From the NCBI GenBank assembly GCA_965198065.1, contig CBDAON010000004.1, forward strand, positions 1,088,001-1,152,000: a stretch of 64,000 bases of DNA, in the 5' to 3' direction. The translations under genes and the position numbers were made by a program. Each line of letters starts with the position of its first letter. Positions within the stretch are counted from its first letter, which is position 1. Below, in pieces: positions 40,329-49,276 of the stretch. The notes beneath the pieces were generated by a model. The model was not told the origin of the DNA, did no database searches, and worked only from the letters and a program-made list of their open reading frames with translations. Source of the DNA: Longimicrobiales bacterium (GTDB lineage Bacteria; Gemmatimonadota; Gemmatimonadetes; Longimicrobiales; Gaopeijiaceae).

Positions 40329-40375
40329 TATCGTCCGACTCCTCTGCTTCGGATGAGCGGCCCCGACGAGCGCAA

Positions 40376-40404
40376 ACGGTACCGAAGCAGGCCAGAGGCG
40401 TCAA
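40376..40404 (-). promoter_or_regulatory. sigma70 promoter of the leader-thrC-like operon
   Basis: TTGACG-N17-TACCGT. Confidence 0.75.
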
Positions 40405-40610
40405 GTCTCTGACCCACACCTCGGACCGCGTCCAGTTGACCTCGCTGTGTGCCGCGTCTAGTCTCGTCAGGCGCGAACGCCGGGCTCGTCCTCTCCGCCG
40501 AACGAAAGGTACGTGCCGGCCCGACGGACGTGTCCTGTGAGGACATCTCCCATGACCATGTCGCTCTCTCGGTACCCCGCCCACGCCCTGGCGCCGCTCG
40601 AGGAGCGCCC

Positions 40611-41519
40611 GTGAGCGAGCCACTGCCCCCCGTCGGCTTCCTCGGCCTCGGAATTATGGGCGAGGGGATGGCCCGAAACCTCCTCGGGGCCGGCTTCCCG
40701 CTCACCGTGTGGAACCGCACGGCGCCGAAATCCGCCGCCCTGGCGAAGGAGGGGGCGACGCTCGGACGGGGTCCGGCCGACGTGGCCGAGCGCTCCGACA
40801 TCGTCTTCGTCTGTGTGAGCGATACGCCCGATGTCGAGGAGGTCGTGCTCGGGCCGGGCGGTGTACTCGTTGGCGCGCGTGCCGGCAGCCTGGTCGTGGA
40901 CATGAGCACCATCAGCCCGGCGACGACGCGGGAGATCTCGAGGCGGCTCGGTGAGGGCTCTGTCCACATGCTGGACGCTCCGGTGAGCGGAGGGAGCGAG
41001 GGGGCCCGAAAGGGCACGCTGAGCATCATGGTGGGGGGCGATGCCGATCAGGTCGAGCGCGCCATGCCGGCTTTCCGGGCGATGGGAAAGACGATCACGC
41101 ACGTGGGCCCAGTCGGAGCAGGGCAGACCGTGAAACTCGTGAACCAGATCGTGGTCGTCGTGAACATGCTGGCCGCCGCGGAGGGACTGCTCTTCGCGGA
41201 GGCCTCCGGGGTCGACCTGACCAAGACGCTCGAGGCGATCACGGAGGGCGCCGCGGGGAGCTGGATGCTCCAGAACCGTGGCCCGCAGGTCGTCGCGCGG
41301 GACTGGCGCCCCGGGTTCATGGTGGACCTGCAGCAGAAGGATCTCCGACTCGCACTCGAGGCCGCGGACGAGTTGGGAGTCCCCCTGCTCGGCACCGGGC
41401 TGGTGTTCCAACTCTACCGTACGCTCCAGCAAGCCGGGCTCGGGCGCGAGGGGAACCACGCCCTGGCCAAGGCGCTCGAACGACTGGCAGGATTCGAGAT
41501 CGGCACCGGCGGCGTCTGA
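40611..41519 (+). CDS. NAD(P)-dependent beta-hydroxyacid dehydrogenase (3-hydroxyisobutyrate DH/GarR family)
   Basis: GFLGLGIMG, DMSTISP, DAPVSGG, KLVNQ, KDL; AGGAG RBS. Confidence 0.9.
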   Translation: MSEPLPPVGFLGLGIMGEGMARNLLGAGFPLTVWNRTAPKSAALAKEGATLGRGPADVAERSDIVFVCVSDTPDVEEVVLGPGGVLVGARAGSLVVDMSTISPATTREISRRLGEGSVHMLDAPVSGGSEGARKGTLSIMVGGDADQVERAMPAFRAMGKTITHVGPVGAGQTVKLVNQIVVVVNMLAAAEGLLFAEASGVDLTKTLEAITEGAAGSWMLQNRGPQVVARDWRPGFMVDLQQKDLRLALEAADELGVPLLGTGLVFQLYRTLQQAGLGREGNHALAKALERLAGFEIGTGGV

Positions 41520-41618
41520 CGGCTCGATTGCCGGACGGTTTTCGCGCTTGGCGCCGCGCTAGCTCTCTCGCGGACTCGAACGGAGGAGGGCCGTCCCTGG
41601 CTCGAACTGCGCCGCGTC

Positions 41619-42995
41619 TTACGGGTTCGGCGGGGGCGCCGCCGGCCGCTCCCGGAGCCGGACCATGAACGTCAGCTCCTCTCCGTCCCGCACGACAGTG
41701 GCCTCCACCTCGGCCCCCGCCTCGAGCTGGTCGAGCGCGTCCGTCATCACGTAGAGGTCCTCGATCTCGAACGGCCCGAGACGGATCAGGACATCCCCCG
41801 CCCGAAGCCCACCCTCGTCCGCCGGCGAGCCGTCGGTGACTCCGCTCAAGCGGACGCCGAAGTCCACCGGCGCGAAGTCGGGGATCGTTCCCAGGTAAGC
41901 CCGGTTCCCCGAAGACGCCATCGTCTGCGGCGCGCCCGCGCCCGCCACGTGCGTCAGGCGCTCGGGGCGGTCGGCTACCGCGCGGATGGTCGCTTCGACC
42001 AGTGAGGTCACGCGCTCGAGGCCGGCCCGGTCGATCAGCTCCCAGTCGTCCTCCGGTCGGTGGTACTGCCCGTGTACGTTCGTGAAGTAGTGGAGGACCG
42101 GGACGTCCCGGGCGTAGAACGACGTGTGGTCGCTCGGGCCGTACCCTTCGGGGGAGCGAGCGAGCGGGACCCCCTCCGCGCGCTCCACGTTGTCGAGGAT
42201 CTCGTTCCACTCCTCGGCCGTGCCCGTTCCGTTCACGATGAGCGGCTGGCCCGCCAGGCGACCGACCATGTCCAGGTTCACCATCCCCACCGTCCGCTCT
42301 ACCGGCACGGACGGATCCTGGACGTACCGGCTCGACCCGAGGAGACCCGCTTCCTCACCCGAAAACGTCACGAAGACCACGGTCCGCGCCGGCGGGCTCG
42401 CCGCGAGGGCCTCGGCCACCGCGAGGAGCGCACCCACGCCCGAGGCGTTGTCGTCCGCCCCGTTGTGCACCTCTCCAGGCGCGTCGGCCAGCGACCCGAA
42501 CATCTCACCCAGGCCCAGATGGTCGTGATGGGCCCCCAGGACCACTGCCTCCGAGCGGCGCGCTGGATTGGAGCCCTCGAGGATCCCGATCACGTTCGTC
42601 CCGGTGCCCTCCGGCGCGTGGGGGCTCACGGCGCTCTGGAGCTCGACCGTCTGGAAATACCCGCCCCCGGCTCCCTCCGGGGTCACGGGCTCGAGCCCGA
42701 TCCGCGCGAACTCGCGGGCGATGTACTCGGCCGTGCAACGCTCGCCCTCGGTGCCGGCCAGGCGCCCCTGGAGCTGATCGTCCGAGAGATAGCGGACCGC
42801 CGCCAAGGGGTGCTCGAGGTCTCTTACGAGCCCGGCCGGAGCTGGGCAGGTGGTCGTGCCCTGGGCGGAGGGCGGCTGAGGCGGTGCCTGTCCGGAGGCA
42901 GCCGCCGTGAGGACGAGGAAGAGCCCCACCCGGCCCGCCGATGCGATGGCGAGCTCCCTCGGGCCCCGGAGCGGCGAAAGGCGCCCGCTCCTCAT
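41619..42995 (-). CDS. Exported M28 peptidase with C-terminal PDZ domain
   Basis: GAHHDH, GADDNASG, GEEAGLLGS, NLDM, SDH, YHRPED; YLGTIPD...SPA..GGL..GD. Confidence 0.9.
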   Translation of the reverse strand: MRSGRLSPLRGPRELAIASAGRVGLFLVLTAAASGQAPPQPPSAQGTTTCPAPAGLVRDLEHPLAAVRYLSDDQLQGRLAGTEGERCTAEYIAREFARIGLEPVTPEGAGGGYFQTVELQSAVSPHAPEGTGTNVIGILEGSNPARRSEAVVLGAHHDHLGLGEMFGSLADAPGEVHNGADDNASGVGALLAVAEALAASPPARTVVFVTFSGEEAGLLGSSRYVQDPSVPVERTVGMVNLDMVGRLAGQPLIVNGTGTAEEWNEILDNVERAEGVPLARSPEGYGPSDHTSFYARDVPVLHYFTNVHGQYHRPEDDWELIDRAGLERVTSLVEATIRAVADRPERLTHVAGAGAPQTMASSGNRAYLGTIPDFAPVDFGVRLSGVTDGSPADEGGLRAGDVLIRLGPFEIEDLYVMTDALDQLEAGAEVEATVVRDGEELTFMVRLRERPAAPPPNP

Positions 42996-44197
42996 GGGGC
43001 ACCGGCAGGCAGGGGATCCACCCACTCCGCCAGGAATACGTTGATCTCGCCGGGACCCGCGGCTCCCCGATCGGACGAGAACGCGAGGTAGCGCCCGTCC
43101 GGGCTCAGCATCGGGAAGCTGTTGAAGGTGGGCGCCTCCGACGTGGTCACCCGCTCTTCCCCGGTCCCGTCCTCGTTGATCAGATAGAGGGCGAACGTGC
43201 GCCCCGACGGGTCGCCCTGATTCGAGCTGTAGATGATCCGCCTCCCGTCCGGAAGGAACGCCGGTGCGAAGTTTGCGGCCCCGTTCGAGGTCACCTGCCG
43301 CTTGTTCGACCCGTCCACGTCCATCACGAAGATCTCGAGCGCGCTCCCCGCCACAAGGTCCTCGGCCAGGAGGGCCTGGTAGCTCGCGATCTCCTCGGGT
43401 GTCTCGGGGCGGGAGGCCCGATAGACGATCTTGGCGCCGTCCCAGGAGAAGACCGGTCCCCCCTCGTATCCGACGTCGCTCGTAAGCTGTCGGGGATTCG
43501 AGCCGTCCGCGTTCATCAGCCAGATGTCCAAGTCACCGCTTCTGGTCGAGGTGAACACGATCTGGCTTCCGTTGGGAGAGAGCGTCCCCTCCGCGTCGTA
43601 TCCGGGGCTATTCGTCAGCTGCTGGACCTCCCCGGTGCGGACGTCCCGGGTAAAGATGTCGTACTCGAACAGGCCCCAAAGGTAGCCGCGGCTCCGGTCG
43701 GGCGCGGGGGGACAAGCCGGACCGCTCAGATGCGTGGAGCTGAAAAGGAGGATGTCCTGATCCGGGAAGTAGAAGCCGCATGTGGTGCGCCCCTCGCCCG
43801 TCGAGACGCGCTGGAGGTCGGAGCCGTCCAATGCCATCGTGTACATCTGATCGCACTCGCTCACCCCCGGCCACGTTGCCTGGAAGACGAGCCGATCGCC
43901 TTCCGTAGAGAAGTACGCCTCGGCGTTCGTCCCCGCATTCGTGAGCTTCGTGAGGCGGCGAAACCGCGGCTCGTCCGGAAAGGCCTGGACATCGGTCGCC
44001 CCAGTCCAGTCCCCGGCCGGCGCGGGGCCCACCCAGCTCGCCAGCTGAGCCGCCGCGTCCTCCTCCTCCCCGGCGTCGGACCCGGACGTACAGCCAACCG
44101 CGGCCAGCCCGACCGCGAAGGGAAGCGCGAGCGCCACCCCACGCCACCGCGGGTCACGGGTCTCCGGTCCCGCCGGTCGTCGCGTCATCGCCTTCAC
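42992..44197 (-). CDS. TolB-like PD40 beta-propeller lipoprotein
   Basis: LAAVGC lipobox; repeated SPNG/SWDG/SPDG..I.F.S.R. Confidence 0.88.
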   Translation of the reverse strand: MKAMTRRPAGPETRDPRWRGVALALPFAVGLAAVGCTSGSDAGEEEDAAAQLASWVGPAPAGDWTGATDVQAFPDEPRFRRLTKLTNAGTNAEAYFSTEGDRLVFQATWPGVSECDQMYTMALDGSDLQRVSTGEGRTTCGFYFPDQDILLFSSTHLSGPACPPAPDRSRGYLWGLFEYDIFTRDVRTGEVQQLTNSPGYDAEGTLSPNGSQIVFTSTRSGDLDIWLMNADGSNPRQLTSDVGYEGGPVFSWDGAKIVYRASRPETPEEIASYQALLAEDLVAGSALEIFVMDVDGSNKRQVTSNGAANFAPAFLPDGRRIIYSSNQGDPSGRTFALYLINEDGTGEERVTTSEAPTFNSFPMLSPDGRYLAFSSDRGAAGPGEINVFLAEWVDPLPAGAP

Positions 44198-44491
44198 TTC
44201 CCCTCCGTCCGCATGTCGTGGGTGACCGAAACATTAACGTCGTCCTGGCAATGCGGCGAGGCAATACCGCCGCTCTGGCGCGGCGCCTCCGTCGGGCGGG
44301 CGGTCTATACGCCGGCGCGCGATCCCAACCCCGGGGTGCGGCTTTTCTCTCGGGGTACGGTCCTCGTCACGGTGCGGTCACGGCGGGCAGTCTCTGTCAC
44401 GGCGTGCCGTCTTCCTTGCCCCGGCGGCATCGGGGGTCGCACCTTGGGTGGGAGACCCTCTCGAAAACGCCACCTCAGCTGGAGGCCGGAT

Positions 44492-45157
44492 ATGTGTCGT
44501 AGCTCTGGAACACTCATGTTACTCCTGCTCGTCCTGGGCTTCATGGTCGCCCCCAGCGACGTCGCCGCTCAAGCCAATCCCGCCAATCCCGCGCACACGC
44601 ACATCGGGCACGTGCACGCCGGCTTTCCGGCGACGCCCGACGGGCAGGGGCTCCTCCCGACCGCGATCGCGGAAGCCGGGGTCGTAGCCCAGCACATCCG
44701 GCTCGCGGCCAACGACTTGACGAACCTTCAGGGCATGCAGAACCACGCGGGGCACGTGCTCCACGCGCTCGACCCGAGCATCCAGGCCAATGGGCCGGGC
44801 CTCGGGTTCGGGCTCAAGCGGGCCGCCGACGGGATCGCCCAGCACATCGGCCTCGCCGCGGGCTCGGAGGGCGCGTCGCAGGCCGTCCAGACGCACGCCG
44901 GGCACGTGGGGGCGTCCGCGCGCACCGTATCCCAGCGTGCCGACCAGCTCATCGAGATGGCCCAGCGGGTCCGGTCGGCTCCCGATTACACGACGGCGGG
45001 GAACATCATCGAGCAGATGCAGGCTCTGGCCGGGCAAGTCACCACGGGACAGGACGCGGACGGGAACGGCTCGGTGGGATGGCAGGAGGGTGAAGGCGGG
45101 CTCGATCAGATCACCACGCACATGGGTCTCATGACCCGGGCCGAGGGGATCGACTGA
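44492..45157 (+). CDS. Exported His-rich helical protein, unknown function
   Basis: GGAGG RBS, signal peptide, HTHIGH, NHAGHVLH, THAGH, DADGNG. Confidence 0.8.
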   Translation: MCRSSGTLMLLLLVLGFMVAPSDVAAQANPANPAHTHIGHVHAGFPATPDGQGLLPTAIAEAGVVAQHIRLAANDLTNLQGMQNHAGHVLHALDPSIQANGPGLGFGLKRAADGIAQHIGLAAGSEGASQAVQTHAGHVGASARTVSQRADQLIEMAQRVRSAPDYTTAGNIIEQMQALAGQVTTGQDADGNGSVGWQEGEGGLDQITTHMGLMTRAEGID

Positions 45158-45359
45158 GTCACCCTCTCGGGCCGAAGGCCCGGGGGATCTTTCGGACAGG
45201 TCGCTGAAGGACGGGTCGGGCTGCGAGCCCCCCGGTCTCAGCGGCCTGTTCGTTTTCGGTCCTAGGCCCCACGTATGCTAGACCCCACGCATCTAACGCA
45301 CGGCCCCGTACGCCGAAACCCCGCGCACCGAACCGGCCGCTCCGGGGTACGAGCGCGCC

Positions 45360-47245
45360 ATGTCGGACGACGATCCGTCGGCCACCGCCGGGAAGAAGAA
45401 GCCGCGGCTCCAACTCGCGTCAGTGAGAAGGGACGCGCGCGAGCTCCTTTGGCGTCACCGCAGGACGCTGGCCCTCGGCTTCTCCCTCATGCTGGTGAAT
45501 CGGGCTGCGGGGTTCGTCCTCCCCGCCTCGTCCAAGTTCCTCATCGACGACGTCCTCGGGCAGGGTAACGCGGCGCTTCTCCTCCCCATCGCCCTCGCGG
45601 TAGGCGCCGCGACGCTCCTTCAGGCCCTGAGCTCGTTCGGCCTCAGCCAGGTCGTGAGCGTGACTGGGCAGCGGGCAATCGCGGACATGCGACGGCGCGT
45701 CCACGCGCACGTGCTTCGCATGCCCACCTCCTACTTCGATCGCACCAAGAGCGGGGTCCTCATTTCTCGTGTCATGGAGGACGCGGGGGGGATCCGAAAT
45801 CTCGTCGGTACCGGGATCATCCAGCTCGTCGGTGGCTTTCTCACGGCCGGGGCCGCGCTCGCCGTGCTCCTCTGCTCAACTGGAGGATGACCGCGGCGGC
45901 CATCGCCCTCCTCACGATCTTCTCGGGGATCCTCGTCTACTCGTTCCGAACGCTCCGCCCGATCTTTCGGCGCCGGTACGAGCTCTCCGCGGCCGTCACC
46001 GGACGACTGGGGGAGGCACTCGGCGGGGTGCGGACCCTCAAGGTCTATACGGCGGAGCGCCGCGAAGACCTAGTGTTCACGAAGGGTGCGTTCGCGCTGT
46101 TCCGAAACATCGCGAGCACGATCACGGGGACGAGCGCCGTTACCGCCGCCTCTACCGTCATCGTGGGCGGCATCGGCATCCTGATCTTGGTGGTGGGGGG
46201 GCGCGCGGTGCTCTCGGGCGAGATGACCCTCGGCGATCTCGTCATGTACATCTTCTTCGTGGGGCTCATGGCCGCGCCTCTCGTCCAGATGGCGGGGATC
46301 GGAACCCAGATCACGGATGCGTTCGCGGGGCTCGATCGAATTCGCGAGCTCCTAGAGCTTCCCACGGAGCGCGATCGAGACGCCGCGCGGGAGCCGGTGG
46401 GTCCGCTCCGCGGGTCGATCGCCTTCGAGGACGTCTGGTTCGAGTACGAGACGGGCGTGCCCGTCCTGAAGGGGGTGTCGTTCGAGGCACCGGCGGGTAC
46501 GACCACGGCGCTCGTGGGGCCCTCGGGGTCGGGCAAATCCACCCTCGTCTCCCTCGTCCTGGCGTTCGGAGACCCCGGACGGGGGCAGGTCCTGGCGGAC
46601 GATCGGGACCTCTCCACGCTCGCGCTCGAGGATTATCGCTCCCAGCTCGGCGTGGTCCTCCAGGACAACTTTCTCTTCGATGGGACGATCCGGGAGAACA
46701 TGGGCTACTCGAAGCCGGGCGCCACGGACGACGAGATCCGGAGAGCCGCGGCCGTGGCAAACGCGGACGAGTTCATCGACCGCTTTGACGACACGTACGC
46801 CACGGTGGTCGGGGAGCGGGGCGTTAAGCTCTCAGGAGGGCAGCGGCAGAGGATCGCGATCGCGCGCGCGATCCTCGCGGATCCGCGGATCCTCGTCCTG
46901 GACGAGGCCACGTCCTCTCTCGACTCGGAGTCGGAGGCCCTCATCCGGGACGGTCTCAAGGCGCTGCGACAGGGGCGCACGACCTTCGTCATCGCCCACC
47001 GCCTCTCGACCATCGTCTCGGCGGATCAGATCCTCGTGATGGACCGGGGCCAGATCGTCGAGCGGGGCACGCACGCCGAGCTCCGCTGGGCGGGCGGGCT
47101 GTACCAGCGGCTCTACGAGATGCAGCACCGCGTCGAGATGGACGCGTTCGTGAATCCGGGAGAGGAGCTCCGGGACGTGGACGACGCCCCGCCGGAGGAG
47201 GCCGCACCCGTGCGCGTGCGGGTTCCGAACGCGCGACGACTGTAA
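45360..47245 (+). pseudogene. ABC exporter (TMD+NBD, MsbA-like) split by a 1-nt deletion at ~45874
   Basis: CTC TG_ CTC AAC TGG AGG ATG restores VLLWLNWRM; GPSGSGKS, LSGGQRQR, DEATSSLD in the second ORF; may be a sequencing error. Confidence 0.8.
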
Positions 47246-47358
47246 CGGACGAGCGACGGTTGGGACGGGCTGGCCGCCCTTGGTGCCGTCGCACCGGGCT
47301 GGTGATACCTTTCGATCTGGTCGATCTGGACGATTCCCATCCACGGAGGCTTAACCGA

Positions 47359-48564
47359 ATGAGCGCGATGCGAGTCCTCACGTCGGTCACGGGCAGCCTG
47401 GCAGCCCTGGCCCTCCTTAGCGCGGTGCCCCCGGCGGTGGAGTCCCAAACCAACCAGTCGCAGCACCACTCCTTTCGGGTCGTGACCGTCGCGGACAACC
47501 TCGCCAATCCCTGGGCCATGGCATTCCTCCCGAACGGCGACATGCTCTTCACGGAGAGGCCGGGCCGGCTCCGGGTGATCCGGAACGGTCGGCTGCTCCC
47601 CGACCCCGTGCCTGGTGTGCCCGAGGTCCGCGCGCAGGGTCAGGGAGGCCTCCTCGACATCATGCTCCACCCCGACTTCGAGACGAACCGGCTGATCTAC
47701 CTGAGTTACTCGAAGCCCAACAGCGACGAGAGCGTTTCCGGCGCGGCCGGTTCAAGCCAGGCCACGACGGCGATCGCTCGCGCGCGCTTCGAGAACGACC
47801 AGCTCACGAACTTCGAGGAGATCTTCGAGGCACAGGCCTGGGCTACGGGGAACGCCCACTTCGGGTCCCGGATTCAGTTCGACGCCGACGGGTATCTCTT
47901 CTTCACGGTCGGGGACCGGGGTGCGAGCCCGGTCGATGGCCCCAGGGAGGCGCATCCGGCCCAGGACCTCTCGAACCACCGAGGGACGGTGATCCGCCTG
48001 CACGACGACGGGCGGGTCCCGTCCGATAACCCGTTCGTGGGCCGCGCCGAAGCCCGTCCGGAGATCTGGAGTTACGGACACCGGAGCCCCCAGGGCCTGT
48101 TCATCCATCCGATCACGGGGGACATCTGGCAGGGAGAGCACGGACCCCAGGGGGGCGACGAAGTGAACCTCATCGTGAGGGGGGCGAACTTCGGATGGCC
48201 GGTGATCGGGGAAGGCGTCAATTACGGCGGCGGACGGATCCACGACTCGAACCGCAGGCCGGGGATGGAGGCGCCTCGGCACTTCTGGGTGCCTTCCATC
48301 GCCACCTCGGGCATGCTGATCTACCTGGGCGACGTGTTCCCCGAGTGGCGGGGTAGCATGTTCGTGGGGGGGCTCTCCGGCCAGCAACTCGCCCGGCTCG
48401 AAATGGAAGGCCAGCGGATCGTGTCCGAAGAGACGCTCCTCGAGGGCTTGGGACGGGTCCGGGACATCCGTCAGGGCCCGGACGGCTTCATCTACGTCGC
48501 CATCGACGGGCAGGGCGGCGCGCTGACTCCGATCCTGCGCCTCGAGCCGGTCGCGGAAGACTGA
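47359..48564 (+). CDS. PQQ-dependent soluble sugar dehydrogenase (GSDH/YliI family)
   Basis: Signal peptide, PWAMAFLP, GQGGLLD, HFGSRI, YGHRSPQG, EHGPQGGDEVN, RVRD. Confidence 0.9.
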   Translation: MSAMRVLTSVTGSLAALALLSAVPPAVESQTNQSQHHSFRVVTVADNLANPWAMAFLPNGDMLFTERPGRLRVIRNGRLLPDPVPGVPEVRAQGQGGLLDIMLHPDFETNRLIYLSYSKPNSDESVSGAAGSSQATTAIARARFENDQLTNFEEIFEAQAWATGNAHFGSRIQFDADGYLFFTVGDRGASPVDGPREAHPAQDLSNHRGTVIRLHDDGRVPSDNPFVGRAEARPEIWSYGHRSPQGLFIHPITGDIWQGEHGPQGGDEVNLIVRGANFGWPVIGEGVNYGGGRIHDSNRRPGMEAPRHFWVPSIATSGMLIYLGDVFPEWRGSMFVGGLSGQQLARLEMEGQRIVSEETLLEGLGRVRDIRQGPDGFIYVAIDGQGGALTPILRLEPVAED

Positions 48565-48681
48565 TTCGCGGCCGGGGCGCCCCACCCCGTCGGCTCCCTT
48601 CCCGGCCGGCGACCCCCGGGGAAGAGCGTCGCCCGGGAGGCGCGGGCCCGGCCGCGGAGCGCACCTCCGGGGGAAGAACTC

Positions 48682-49269
48682 GTGGGCACTTACGTAACGC
48701 TGGGGTTCACGCTGGCCATGCTCGCCCTCGGCGTGTCCTTGTACAACCGCCTCGTGACGCTCCGTGAGCGGTATCGGAACGCCTTCGCCCAGATCGACGT
48801 CCAGCTCAAGCGGCGCTACGACCTGATCCCGAACCTGGTCGAGGTGGCCAAGGGGTACCTCCAGCACGAGCGCGAGACGTTGGACGCCGTCATCCGGGCT
48901 CGGAACGAGGCGCTGACCGCCGAAGGCGCGGCGGCGGCAGACCCCGGGAACGCGGCCGCGATGAGAGGCCTCGCCGGGGCGGAGCTTGCCCTCGGTCAGC
49001 TCCTGGGCCGGTTCTTCGGGCTCGTCGAGTCCTACCCGGCCCTCAAGGCAAGTGAAAACATGCTCCGGCTCCAGGAGGAGCTGGCCTCCACCGAAAATCG
49101 AATCGCCTTCGCGCGGCAGGCGTACAACGACTCCGTGATGAGGTACAACGCGGCGCGTGCCTCCGCCCCGACAAACCTCGTGGCGAGCGCGTTCCGCTTC
49201 CTACCCGCCGAGTTCTTCGAGATCGAGGAGCCCGGAGAGCGCGAGACCCCCGGGGTCTCCTTCGCCTGA
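48682..49269 (+). CDS. lemA: LemA family protein
   Basis: QIDVQLKRRYDLIPNLV, ESYPALKA, TENRIAFARQAYN. Confidence 0.93.
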   Translation: MGTYVTLGFTLAMLALGVSLYNRLVTLRERYRNAFAQIDVQLKRRYDLIPNLVEVAKGYLQHERETLDAVIRARNEALTAEGAAAADPGNAAAMRGLAGAELALGQLLGRFFGLVESYPALKASENMLRLQEELASTENRIAFARQAYNDSVMRYNAARASAPTNLVASAFRFLPAEFFEIEEPGERETPGVSFA

Positions 49270-49276
49270 GCGGGCC

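Noticed and set aside
38755..40623. 622-aa N-terminally extended thrC-like ORF in the track
   Set aside because: The extension crosses a promoter, the leader ORF and a terminator; homology starts near ATG 40032
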